From the UHGV virus genome UHGV-0218987: a DNA stretch of 30,308 bases, one strand, 5' to 3'. This document shows positions 7,740-16,800 of this stretch, piece after piece. This stretch comes from a virus. The notes beneath the pieces were generated by a model. It did not search any database. It saw nothing but the letters and a program-made list of their open reading frames with translations, and was not told the origin of the DNA. A program made the position numbers and the translations under genes. The stretch's first letter is position 1. The number at the start of each line of letters is the position of its first letter.

Positions 7740-8259
7740 TAAAAATCAAATTGTCAGATATAAGGGTCGAGTATTGCATACGCAAAATTTCTCGGCCCTT
7801 TGTGCATCTGATCTTGAGCTGAAGAAAGTATCTGATGCCTTTACCCAGTATTGGAAAACGGGATACCATCCATCTCTTGGTAAAGATGCTGCATTTGCTC
7901 GTCCGACAGAAATGCTTAAACTAAATGTCAGGCATACTCATGTCGATAACCAAGACTATATTCCAGAAGATAGTGATAAAAAACACACTGGTAAAAAATC
8001 ATCTTGGGATGCATGGAAAAATATAGCGTCTGTGCAAGTAAAATGCATACCAACAAGTGATTGCTTTTTAGTTTATTCGGTAAATCACAATCGTGATGCG
8101 CTGGTTATGTTTTTTGTTGACGCAGATGCCCACAACATAACTGAGCAAGAAGAGTTTAAAGAGGAAGCAATCACTATCAGTTATCAATTCTTTGAGAAAA
8201 CAAAAACAGAACCAATGCCTTTAGAAGAAGATCTTTTTTCTGATAAATGGAAGGAATAA
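7714..8259 (+). CDS. AT-rich cargo protein, candidate YafO-like toxin (ribosome-dependent mRNA interferase family)
   Basis: ATG at 7714 with AAGGAA RBS (the listed ORF starts at a TTG at 7687). Motif pattern GKDAAFA … KLNVRHTHV … CFLVYSV … ALVMFFVDADAH resembles, from memory, conserved YafO blocks (GRDA…, RVAHIHL, LVY, AWLLIAIL-PEPH). Followed by a strong terminator. Confidence 0.5.
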   Translation: MSSSASQNDKNQIVRYKGRVLHTQNFSALCASDLELKKVSDAFTQYWKTGYHPSLGKDAAFARPTEMLKLNVRHTHVDNQDYIPEDSDKKHTGKKSSWDAWKNIASVQVKCIPTSDCFLVYSVNHNRDALVMFFVDADAHNITEQEEFKEEAITISYQFFEKTKTEPMPLEEDLFSDKWKE

Positions 8260-8281
8260 GCCCGCGTTGCGGGCTTTTTTG
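8259..8281 (+). terminator. Rho-independent terminator after the 7714..8259 gene
   Basis: GC-rich stem GCCCGC / GCGGGC followed by six T. Confidence 0.7.
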
Positions 8282-8317
8282 TGTCTGCGGATTCCCGCCC
8301 GGGCGGCGGTGGCATTC

Positions 8318-8345
8318 GTTAAAAACAAGGCCGCGAAAGCGGCCT
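8318..8345 (-). terminator. Rho-independent terminator after the 8359..8919 gene (convergent with the 8259-8281 terminator)
   Basis: Stem GGCCGC-GAAA-GCGGCC followed on the minus strand by CTTGTTTTTAACG. Confidence 0.6.
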
Positions 8346-8357
8346 GTGACATGTCAC
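8346..8357. repeat. 12-bp perfect palindrome GTGACATGTCAC (copy 1 of 3)
   Basis: Exact palindrome immediately 3' of the 8359..8919 stop codon; identical copies at 26035-26046 and 28486-28497. Confidence 0.8.
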
Positions 8358-8358
8358 G

Positions 8359-8919
8359 CTACATTGATATATGATTCATAAAGTAGCTTAAAGATTTACT
8401 TCCCAGAAAAGAAATTTCTTTTCCTGGATATGTCGCAATAATTGAGCATGACTTATCCCCGTTAGAGGTAACAAATCCTGAATAACCTACTTGTTCTTTA
8501 CCATTTTGTTGCTTGGCTAAAAAGTAGAGGTAGCTTATCTTTTTGCCCTCTGGGTAAAACTCTGCCAAACCAGTATCGGTGATTGAATATTTTATTCTCC
8601 CGCCTTGAGTAACGTTTTCCATCTCAAGTTTAGCTATGTCTTTTCTGTTGTATTCAGCATTGATTTTCCTTTCGAAATCAATGTTGTTTTCAAATGAGTA
8701 GGAAGCAACAGTCTGAATAGATGGGAACACGTTTATCTGGATGCCTCCACAGTCGGCACAGGTATAAAGGTATGAATCAGATGGAATCCCCATAAAAGAA
8801 AACTGAGTTACCTTAAATTTATCGTTATCTCCAAAGTATTGAAGTTCGCATTTAACATTTTGCCCTGCAAAAGAAAATGCAGACATCAATATTGAAACAA
8901 AAAATATAATTGCCTTCAT
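8359..8919 (-). CDS. Secreted (signal-peptide) protein of unknown function; AT-rich cargo gene appended to the late operon
   Basis: Signal-peptide-like N-terminus MKAIIFFVSILMSAFSFA; start overlaps the stop of the 850-aa gene (TAATG); visibly AT-rich; followed by a terminator. Confidence 0.7.
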   Translation of the reverse strand: MKAIIFFVSILMSAFSFAGQNVKCELQYFGDNDKFKVTQFSFMGIPSDSYLYTCADCGGIQINVFPSIQTVASYSFENNIDFERKINAEYNRKDIAKLEMENVTQGGRIKYSITDTGLAEFYPEGKKISYLYFLAKQQNGKEQVGYSGFVTSNGDKSCSIIATYPGKEISFLGSKSLSYFMNHISM

Positions 8920-8921
8920 TA

Positions 8922-11474
8922 TTATTTACCTAGCATGAACTGCGATGGTGGGATCAGAAAGTCGTTACCCTGCTCACGCTCAACACGGCGCTGATAACGC
9001 TCAAGAGAGCCTGGGTCAAGGGCATCTTGTATCCGGTTCAATATTAAACCATTCATCGCCGTACGAAGCCAGAACACGTTGAGGAATGGCGTATTGTCAA
9101 GTGCCGTGCGATACCAGTCACCCAAATCTGCATCCCCTCTCGTGGTCTGCTGGAGCAGCGTGATAATGCTGTCAGCGTTCGATGCTGCTGGCCCCATTAG
9201 CGACGTAACCGGCCCGGCCCCCATGCGGTTGACCTCGCCAAACATGAAGTCACCCAAGATGCCAAGACCGCCCCCCTGAGATGCGGCTGCGAGAAACGTC
9301 TTGGCATCTGCCGGGCGTGGTGTTTGCCCTTTCAGCATGAGTTTTGACTGCATGGAGATATAACCAAACATAGTCGCCCAGACAAAGAGGTTTGCAGCAC
9401 CAAGGAAAGCCCCCTTCCCGTTACGTAGCAGCGCATTCGTCAGCGATCCGGTTTTCGACTCACCAAGCCCAGCAGGAATATAACCACGCCCGAATACTTC
9501 GCGTCCTAGTACGTTCTGCATGAAGCTTGCAGTGAACGATTTGTACTGACCAGCGAATCGTATTGCTTCCCCAGCCACCGTTCCTGGCACCGTGCCCATC
9601 TTCATAAACGCCTGCGTGCGATCGCCAGGCTCTGACATGGCGATATTCAGGCGGTCAAGGATGTAGCCGCGCAACTGCCCTTCCAATTGATCGCGTGCGT
9701 CAGCGATAGCGCGCTGCGTTGGTTTGATCCCCTTACTCTCTACATAACCGGCAATCACTTCGTCAGGCACGCCGCGGATGCCGCTGGTCGTCATGAACTT
9801 ACGACCTTCGCTATCGGCCATGTCCATGTTGCGAAAAATTTCCCACTCACGTTCGCCAATACCGTGCAGATCCAGCACGCGTCGCAGGTCTTCCGGTAGC
9901 CGCGCATGAGACTGGTCAGCATTCTTTGCAAGCCAGTTGGTTATCATCATGGCGTTGCTGTTGCGACCGCTCTCGGTCCAGAAGTTCATGAGGTTGTACT
10001 TAAAGAAAAGCTGCTGCGCGCGACCAAGCTTTCCATTCAGCGTGTCATCACCAGATATGCGCCGGATGATTTCCTGCGTCATGGAGTCGGAATAAACTCC
10101 GATAGAGGAAAGGATCTCTTTCTGCTCCGCGCTGTTGTAACGCGTGAAGCGGCCTCTCATAGCACCAAGCAACGCCTGCATAAAATTCTGCCCTTGGTAG
10201 CGCATCTCGGTAGCGGCGATAGGCACGTCGTTAAACGATGAGATTACCGCACCACCAAGTTGGCTCATACGCAACCAGCCGCGTACAGCCGCCGACGCAT
10301 TGGCCCAGCCTACGCTGCCAGGAATATTTAGCGAGCCGTCAACCTGCGGCATTACGGTACGGTTAATGCGACGCACCTTCGTCATGTAGTCAGCCAACGC
10401 TGCCGGTCTTCCGGATTTGCTGATATCTTCAGCAATGGCGTCCGTCAGGTACTTAAACATGTTCTGTGGGTTAGTGCCCAGTACGCGCATCATGCCCGTT
10501 GTGCGGGCAGCGCTGTTTAAGCCACCAAACAGCGCTTCTCGCAGGCTGCCGGTGCCGAATTGCTGGTTGTACTCGTGCCACGAGATACCATCTTTGAAGT
10601 GCAAAATTCGCTCTTGGCTGGCGCGTTTAGCTGCGTTCGCCGATCCCTTAAAGCCATTCATCCAATCGGGCTTTTCAGATGTAAGATGCACGCCGGAAGC
10701 CAGCCCGTTATAAATGTTACGCATGAACTGCTCGCGGTCAGCCACGCCGTCAAAAGTGCGCTCATCAAGGCGCGGGAGAATAGCATTTCGCCATGCTTCA
10801 TAACCTGCGGCGCGGATCTTCATGATGTCGTGTGACTGGCGAACTATATAGCCCGGCTCTTTGCGTATCCATGCCCCGGCGCGGTTCTCATCAATGCGCG
10901 CAGTTTCCTGCCATTTCATGATGATTTGTGCAGCGCTTACGGATTGCTTTGTCATACCGTCAGTTGACTGCCCGCGCCCTATGCGCCACATTGCATCGGC
11001 AATTTCCCGGTCATTGCTGCCGCTGGCGATGAATTGCACCAGTCCGGCACGGTCAAAATCGTAGTTGATACCGGAATGATACTTGCCGCGCAGTTGCGCC
11101 ACCTCCGAAGATACCGACCGGCGGGCGCCGGTACGCGCATCGTTGCGGCCAACCAGCATTGCTTCAAGCCCGATATCCGGGCGGTCTTTCCAGATAGTAC
11201 GAAGCTCTCTAAGTCGTTGTGCGGCAATACGGGCGTTGATTGCCTTATTGCGAGCCTCAATCTGTTTTGCCAGCATATCGGCATTGCTCAGTTCTTCCGC
11301 TGCGCGCATCGCGGCCTCTTCCAGAGACAGCGCCTCATTGGTCGCCAGAATTCGCCTAGTGGTGTCGTTCATGTCACGCACCAGCGACTCCATCTCATCG
11401 GAAGAAAGCTCGCGACCAGCGGCAGCATTTACACTGCGCTCGCACTGCGTCAAAAATTCGTTTGCTGCCATCAC
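8922..11474 (-). CDS. Large internal virion / DNA-ejection protein (850 aa)
   Basis: Long ORF in a run of three large, translationally coupled genes downstream of the tail tubular genes; assignment by position and size (podovirus internal-core analogue), not by a recognised motif. Confidence 0.55.
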   Translation of the reverse strand: MMAANEFLTQCERSVNAAAGRELSSDEMESLVRDMNDTTRRILATNEALSLEEAAMRAAEELSNADMLAKQIEARNKAINARIAAQRLRELRTIWKDRPDIGLEAMLVGRNDARTGARRSVSSEVAQLRGKYHSGINYDFDRAGLVQFIASGSNDREIADAMWRIGRGQSTDGMTKQSVSAAQIIMKWQETARIDENRAGAWIRKEPGYIVRQSHDIMKIRAAGYEAWRNAILPRLDERTFDGVADREQFMRNIYNGLASGVHLTSEKPDWMNGFKGSANAAKRASQERILHFKDGISWHEYNQQFGTGSLREALFGGLNSAARTTGMMRVLGTNPQNMFKYLTDAIAEDISKSGRPAALADYMTKVRRINRTVMPQVDGSLNIPGSVGWANASAAVRGWLRMSQLGGAVISSFNDVPIAATEMRYQGQNFMQALLGAMRGRFTRYNSAEQKEILSSIGVYSDSMTQEIIRRISGDDTLNGKLGRAQQLFFKYNLMNFWTESGRNSNAMMITNWLAKNADQSHARLPEDLRRVLDLHGIGEREWEIFRNMDMADSEGRKFMTTSGIRGVPDEVIAGYVESKGIKPTQRAIADARDQLEGQLRGYILDRLNIAMSEPGDRTQAFMKMGTVPGTVAGEAIRFAGQYKSFTASFMQNVLGREVFGRGYIPAGLGESKTGSLTNALLRNGKGAFLGAANLFVWATMFGYISMQSKLMLKGQTPRPADAKTFLAAASQGGGLGILGDFMFGEVNRMGAGPVTSLMGPAASNADSIITLLQQTTRGDADLGDWYRTALDNTPFLNVFWLRTAMNGLILNRIQDALDPGSLERYQRRVEREQGNDFLIPPSQFMLGK

Positions 11475-13168
11475 ATCCCCCGGTTAATCATACAGGCGGC
11501 AAATGCCCGGAAAGCGTTGCTCATGCTATTGTCGCTGGCGTCGGCACGAATATCATTGAGTTTCTGGCGCAACGTGGTCGCAAGATCAGGGTTATCGACA
11601 GCGATATCGTCAAGCAGGGCGTTACTCAGGTTGAGCTCGTTATCAAGGTCTGCAGCGGCAGCGGTAATTTCATGATCTGCCTTTTGCGTTTCTTGATAAA
11701 CCCGATCGGCTGTTTCGCTTGCTGGGCGAGCCGTTTCATCAACCTGCCGTGCCGGGTTCTGTATGCGATGGATGGCGCGTTCACGCAGTGCCGGTTTGTG
11801 CAGTTCATAGAAGGGCTCAACATCTGGGCTACGTCCTTCCATCATGTGTGCCAGCGCAGCGCGATACGCCTGCTGGTTCACGTTCCAGTCAGCATCCCTG
11901 ATGGCGCTTGCGGCAGTGCGAACTGCGCCAGCGACCGGCGACATCTGCATGCCGTCCAGGATCTGCTGCGCACGCTCGGAAATGGTGACTTTCAGATCGT
12001 CGGGGATATCGCCGCGGGAAATCTGAGACTGGCGCCAGCGCGCCTGCTCTGCTGTCGCGTTCTGCTCCAGCGATGTGTTGATCTCCTGATTGCGTGCAGC
12101 GATGGCGTCTTTCTCGGCCTGAATCTCTTTCAGTGCCCTAGAGCGCGCATCCTTAAACTTCATCCGCTGCCCCTGATACTTTTTGGTGCGCTGCTGCAGC
12201 GTCGCATCAAGCGAGTCAGCATGACGTTGATTAGCCGCAAGCTCGGCACGCAGGTCGGCAACGTTACCGATCTGCCCGCTCTGTAACTCCTGCTGGCGCG
12301 CCATATAGTCAGGAACCACGTCGTCATAAGCCCGGCTGTATGCGTAGCTCTCCGCTTCACTGGAAATGGCCGCCGCCAGATCTGCGTTAGCGCCAACCTC
12401 AGGGATATTCACGCCCGCCGGAATGTTGTCAGGCGTTATCACCGGGGTTGGCTGCGCATCGCCAGAAAACGCCGGGGACTCTCCCGTTGCAGCATCGGGA
12501 ACGCGACGCGGTCGCACGATATCGGCGATAAGGCCGCCGCCGGCATGCATTAGACCGCCAGCCATCGTGTTAAAGAAAGTACTTTCCAACGCGTTGCTAT
12601 AGGTGAAGTCGTCACCTTCCGCCGCCGCTGCCAGCCCGGTAAGCGGCACGGTCACCACCGCCTGCGCTGCCCCCATGCGTGCACCAGCAACAAATCGCTC
12701 GCCAAATCGGCCAAGCACAGAAGCCGCCTTTGCTTCTCCAGCGAACGGAACCAGCGCCAGCGCCACGTTACCAGGATCTGCCATTGAACCAGCTAGGCTG
12801 GCTGCGAAATTAAGCGGCGTGGCTACCCACCCGCTCGGTGCCGACATCGCGATCTGCTGGCGTGCCAGAGAATCTTTGCGTTCGGCAATAACATGATCGA
12901 GAAAAGCCTGCGTAACGCCAGAATCTGGCACGTTTATGCTCTTTACGCCGTACTGCTTCAGGAGCTCATCCGCTTCCTGCTTACTGATAACTGTAGAGTT
13001 TGGGTCATTCGCCAGCGAGTCGGCCTGCGCAAAGCGGTAGCCGGACATGACCGGCCCCTCTTCAAATCCCTGCTTAAGGGAAGAAAGCAGCGATTCGCCA
13101 AGCCCTGCTGGCGCGTTGCCAATTGGCTGGTTAATTCCCTGTCCCGGATCATCTGTGTAAATTGGCAT
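11471..13168 (-). CDS. Internal virion / DNA-ejection protein (565 aa)
   Basis: Coupled to flanking genes by 4-nt overlaps; Ala/Gly-rich with a coiled-coil C-terminal half; assignment by position. Confidence 0.55.
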   Translation of the reverse strand: MPIYTDDPGQGINQPIGNAPAGLGESLLSSLKQGFEEGPVMSGYRFAQADSLANDPNSTVISKQEADELLKQYGVKSINVPDSGVTQAFLDHVIAERKDSLARQQIAMSAPSGWVATPLNFAASLAGSMADPGNVALALVPFAGEAKAASVLGRFGERFVAGARMGAAQAVVTVPLTGLAAAAEGDDFTYSNALESTFFNTMAGGLMHAGGGLIADIVRPRRVPDAATGESPAFSGDAQPTPVITPDNIPAGVNIPEVGANADLAAAISSEAESYAYSRAYDDVVPDYMARQQELQSGQIGNVADLRAELAANQRHADSLDATLQQRTKKYQGQRMKFKDARSRALKEIQAEKDAIAARNQEINTSLEQNATAEQARWRQSQISRGDIPDDLKVTISERAQQILDGMQMSPVAGAVRTAASAIRDADWNVNQQAYRAALAHMMEGRSPDVEPFYELHKPALRERAIHRIQNPARQVDETARPASETADRVYQETQKADHEITAAAADLDNELNLSNALLDDIAVDNPDLATTLRQKLNDIRADASDNSMSNAFRAFAACMINRGM

Positions 13169-13169
13169 G

Positions 13170-15791
13170 TTATCGTCCTGATTGCTGGCCGTTCTGGAAA
13201 ATGTTAATCAGGTTGTCGCGCTGACTTTCTGCGCTGTATTCCTTAGACTGTCCGGGAGTATATTTCACCGGAGTATCAATGAACTTGGTAATGCTGTTCC
13301 ATACTGATCGGTTGGTTGTTCCCAGTTTCGCCAGATCGTTGAACGGCACCGTAATCGGGTTGCCGTCGGCACCGTTGACGATCAGCCCGTTGAGCATCAG
13401 GGTAAGTCCTGTTTCGTCGCTGTTGGTAACCCACTGCGCATTATCACGAATGCGGGAGATACTCTGCTCACGGTTGACCTCATCAGGTAGCCTTGGGTCA
13501 CCAATAAGCGGCATAATCTGATCTGCTGACAGGTTTTTCAGATACGCATTGGCACCATCGTTAACGTCACGAATATCTATCCCTGCACGCTTAGGTAGCC
13601 GCCAAGTGCCATTGGTCTGGTACTGCTCGCCGAGGATGTCCTGATACGCCTGTTTTGCTGCATCAGACGCCGACATTCCGCGCTGCATGTTGATGTAAGT
13701 AAGTCGTTTTCCCTGCTCGTTGAAGTTATTCCACACGGCAGTGCCACCAGGCTGAACAACCATCGTGCCAGCAAAATCTTTCGATTGGTCATTCCATGAC
13801 GAGTCGGCGCTATCCGCGTCGGTTTTCTCAAGACTGCCGCGTAAGTCAGCAGTTTTAACGCTACGGTTTTGCCAGAGCGCATTTGCCGCGCGCGGGTTCT
13901 CGGTAGCCATGACAACCTGCAACGCAGGATAAGCGCTCTTCTGAACCTGCTGCATCACCTGATCCGAGTATTTGCCGAACGACTGCGCCACCGACTGAAT
14001 GGCCTTTACGCTAGATTCCTGCGTGTTGTCAATACGCTGCAGTACATCATTGACCATGGACTCCGGTAAAACTTTTTTGCTCATTATCCCCAGGCGGTCT
14101 TTTTCAGACTGTATTCGGGAAACTAGGTATTCACCAGATGAAGGGTCATTCAGGTACTGCTGGAATGCAGCCTGCACAACCGGAGAGTTTTGTTGCAGCC
14201 ATGCCCCCGGATCCGCTTCCCGCGCCTTCAGTACCTGCCCAAGCTTGACCTTTGCCGATGCATAAAGCTCTGCTTTGTATTTAAAGTCAGGGTCGTTTTC
14301 CTGCGGTGCCATTGCCTGCACGGCGGCGGTACCCTGCTGGACGTTGCCCTGCATAATGGTCTGATAAACAGGTTGTAGCGTCATTGCCTGCTGGTATTGC
14401 TGGAAGGTTTTTTCCATCTGCAGGCGCTCGGCAGGCGCTGCCTGAAGCGGCATAACGGCGGCCCATTCGTGCGCTGAAATAGGCGTCACCTGCTTACCGG
14501 CCTCAATTTTGGATAGGTCGTCCTGCATTCGACTCTGTAGCGCAACGCGACCGGCTGAAGCCTGCATGTCGTACATGCCAGCAACCTTGCTCATCATCTG
14601 CGACTTTTTGTCCGGACTCATGGCGTTCCAGAATGGCTGTGCGATGAGGTTTTCCATCGTCGCAGATCCAGGAATAGCTCCAGCACTGCCAGTTACTTTT
14701 GCCACATAATTGCGCGTCTCGTCGTATGGGATAGCTGCGGCAAACTGGGCGTTACTGACTTCGCCTGTGCGCGGGTCGCCAATCTGTTTAATCCAGCCGT
14801 CAACCTTTCCTGGGCCAGCGTTATAGGCAGCTACTGCCAGAACCGGGTTATTGTCGTATTTCTTCATCTGCGCGCCGAAATAAGCTTGCCCCAAGCGGGC
14901 ATTATAGCGCGGGTCATTCAACCATTTATCGCGGTCCCACGGCACGCCAGCAAGGCGGGCAGCTTCGGGGCCAGTATCTTCCGTCACCTGCGCTACGCCA
15001 ACAGCGCCTTTTGGCGACACCAGAGGTGTTCCGTCCTTTCCGTACTGATTTCCGCCACTCTCCTGCCAGATTATTGCAGAGAATAACTGCGCCTCACTCG
15101 GTGTATCGGTTACCTCAATCTTGCCGTTCGGACCCATCATCTGTTGATACATCGGCACATACCACGCCTCCGCCGCACCGTTCGCGGCATTCTCGCGCCA
15201 CGAAACCCAGTTCTGTTCGATCTCTTCCTGACTCTGGCCGTGGGCTTCGCCGTAAGCGATGATGCTATGATATGCCTTCAATCCTGCCTGGTTTGCCATT
15301 GTCGGGTTACGGAACTGCATCGATAGGTTTTTTAGTGTCGCATCCTGCATATCCGCCTCATACTGGCGAACCTGTCCTATTTCGTACCTCCCGGCCTGCG
15401 TAGTGAACTGAATGCGCTGCTGCTGCGCCTGCTGCATGAAAGCATTACGAGCCTGTTCATCCGGCAGCGACATAGCCAGTTGCTCGACCTGGGCATCAAA
15501 CTGCTGCGTATACTCCTGACCTTTTCCAATAGCATTTTTCCCTTTCAGGTTAAGCAATCCTGTTTCAGGATTATTCAGCAGATCGCTGCTTATCTGACTG
15601 AGGTTAAGAGATGCCTCCTGAGCCAGAGCGATATTGGCACGCTGTTTTGCCTGCCCCAAAACATCAATTGCCTCTGTCCCTGCCCGAACAAAAGCATCAC
15701 CAATACCTTGCTGAGAAAACGTCTGCAAGCCTGCTGACTGAACTCCACGACTCTCAACCTGACGTCCGGATACTGTTGGTACGACTGGCAT
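13170..15791 (-). CDS. Internal virion protein with lytic transglycosylase (SLT/GH23) domain
   Basis: SLT motifs IIWQESGGNQYG … GVAQV … AAYNAGPGKV. Start taken at ATG 15791 (MPVVPTVSG…, TAATG overlap with the upstream stop) rather than the listed 15866. Confidence 0.75.
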   Translation of the reverse strand: MPVVPTVSGRQVESRGVQSAGLQTFSQQGIGDAFVRAGTEAIDVLGQAKQRANIALAQEASLNLSQISSDLLNNPETGLLNLKGKNAIGKGQEYTQQFDAQVEQLAMSLPDEQARNAFMQQAQQQRIQFTTQAGRYEIGQVRQYEADMQDATLKNLSMQFRNPTMANQAGLKAYHSIIAYGEAHGQSQEEIEQNWVSWRENAANGAAEAWYVPMYQQMMGPNGKIEVTDTPSEAQLFSAIIWQESGGNQYGKDGTPLVSPKGAVGVAQVTEDTGPEAARLAGVPWDRDKWLNDPRYNARLGQAYFGAQMKKYDNNPVLAVAAYNAGPGKVDGWIKQIGDPRTGEVSNAQFAAAIPYDETRNYVAKVTGSAGAIPGSATMENLIAQPFWNAMSPDKKSQMMSKVAGMYDMQASAGRVALQSRMQDDLSKIEAGKQVTPISAHEWAAVMPLQAAPAERLQMEKTFQQYQQAMTLQPVYQTIMQGNVQQGTAAVQAMAPQENDPDFKYKAELYASAKVKLGQVLKAREADPGAWLQQNSPVVQAAFQQYLNDPSSGEYLVSRIQSEKDRLGIMSKKVLPESMVNDVLQRIDNTQESSVKAIQSVAQSFGKYSDQVMQQVQKSAYPALQVVMATENPRAANALWQNRSVKTADLRGSLEKTDADSADSSWNDQSKDFAGTMVVQPGGTAVWNNFNEQGKRLTYINMQRGMSASDAAKQAYQDILGEQYQTNGTWRLPKRAGIDIRDVNDGANAYLKNLSADQIMPLIGDPRLPDEVNREQSISRIRDNAQWVTNSDETGLTLMLNGLIVNGADGNPITVPFNDLAKLGTTNRSVWNSITKFIDTPVKYTPGQSKEYSAESQRDNLINIFQNGQQSGR

Positions 15792-16336
15792 TATAATCCT
15801 CCGGGTAATCTGGTTCCTGCTGCTGCCCCGATTGGCGCAGGAGTGCTTTGAGTAAACGGACTCCACGTCCCACCAAACATCTGGTACGCACCGTATGCCT
15901 TCAGAGGCGCAGTGAGCAATGTTGTTGCTGCTCCCACATTCCCCTGTTTACGGGCTGAACTGGCTTCTGCTTTATAGTTGGCAGCCTGAACCTGATAACC
16001 GTAAGCCTCGCGTTGCGCGTTATTCACCGTCGTCAGCGAATCAAGAGCGCCAAACTGGGCAGTGTCGCCAAATATATCCAGCGCGTTACCTGTAGATAAA
16101 TCAGAGCCGGTAGCCCCCATTGTCGCCGCCTGTGTACCAAGCCGCTGTCGGGTCTCTCTGCGCCGTTGCTCAGCTTCAGCGTTACCCCTGTTTATTGCAT
16201 CATTTGCCTGAGCTGTGGCTATATCTGCGTTCGCTTCTGCAACCTTCGAGGCATACTTTCCCTGTTGGTACTGGGTGTATGCCTGAATGCCACTCATGGC
16301 GAGCATTGCGCCACCAGCAATAACCGGATCGCACAT
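15791..16336 (-). CDS. Small internal virion protein (T7 gp14-like by position)
   Basis: 181-aa Ala/Gln-rich protein between the tail tubular genes and the large ejection proteins; tightly coupled to its neighbours. Confidence 0.5.
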   Translation of the reverse strand: MCDPVIAGGAMLAMSGIQAYTQYQQGKYASKVAEANADIATAQANDAINRGNAEAEQRRRETRQRLGTQAATMGATGSDLSTGNALDIFGDTAQFGALDSLTTVNNAQREAYGYQVQAANYKAEASSARKQGNVGAATTLLTAPLKAYGAYQMFGGTWSPFTQSTPAPIGAAAGTRLPGGL

Positions 16337-16800
16337 TATTTTCTCTCCATGTGAAATCTGTGGAAATTAAGACCAAGTGCACCATAAGGCGCGGCTTCTT
16401 CAAGCCTGAATCCAAGCCAGTGCAGCCATGCTTTGGCAACATGGTTTCGCTCATCGACATAGTTTTCCAGGCGCGGATAAACTGCCAGCATCTGCTGCAA
16501 TACAGGGCGGCAGTGGCGCAGAAATGTCTTCTGATATTTTTCAATACGGCTGGTCCCGACCAGCCAGGGCGTACCATTGCCACCGATCATTGACGCCGGA
16601 GATACACCAAACATGGTTACCAGTTCTCCGTTTGCGAACCCTGACCAGGCCATAGTCGCAGTGCGAAGACCAACACGCAGCGCATCTTCGGTAGTCATCA
16701 GCGATACCGCATACAGTTCGTCAATATCAGCCTGACGAACATCCGGCAAAATCATCTGAAGATGCTCTTCGGTGGCGGGAATAATTCGAACATCGATCAT
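16336..16800 (-). CDS. Virion-associated hypothetical protein (154 aa; T7 gp13-like by position)
   Basis: Start overlaps the stop of the tail tubular B-like gene; no motif recognised. Confidence 0.45.
   Translation of the reverse strand: MIDVRIIPATEEHLQMILPDVRQADIDELYAVSLMTTEDALRVGLRTATMAWSGFANGELVTMFGVSPASMIGGNGTPWLVGTSRIEKYQKTFLRHCRPVLQQMLAVYPRLENYVDERNHVAKAWLHWLGFRLEEAAPYGALGLNFHRFHMERK

Noticed and set aside
11034-13207. Several long plus-strand ORFs (e.g. 11034..11675, 11462..12286, 12603..12896, 12893..13207) overlapping the ejection-protein genes
   Set aside because: They lie antisense to long, well-supported minus-strand genes in GC-rich DNA, have Ala/Arg/Ser-rich low-complexity translations typical of antisense frames, and lack convincing RBS or start context.
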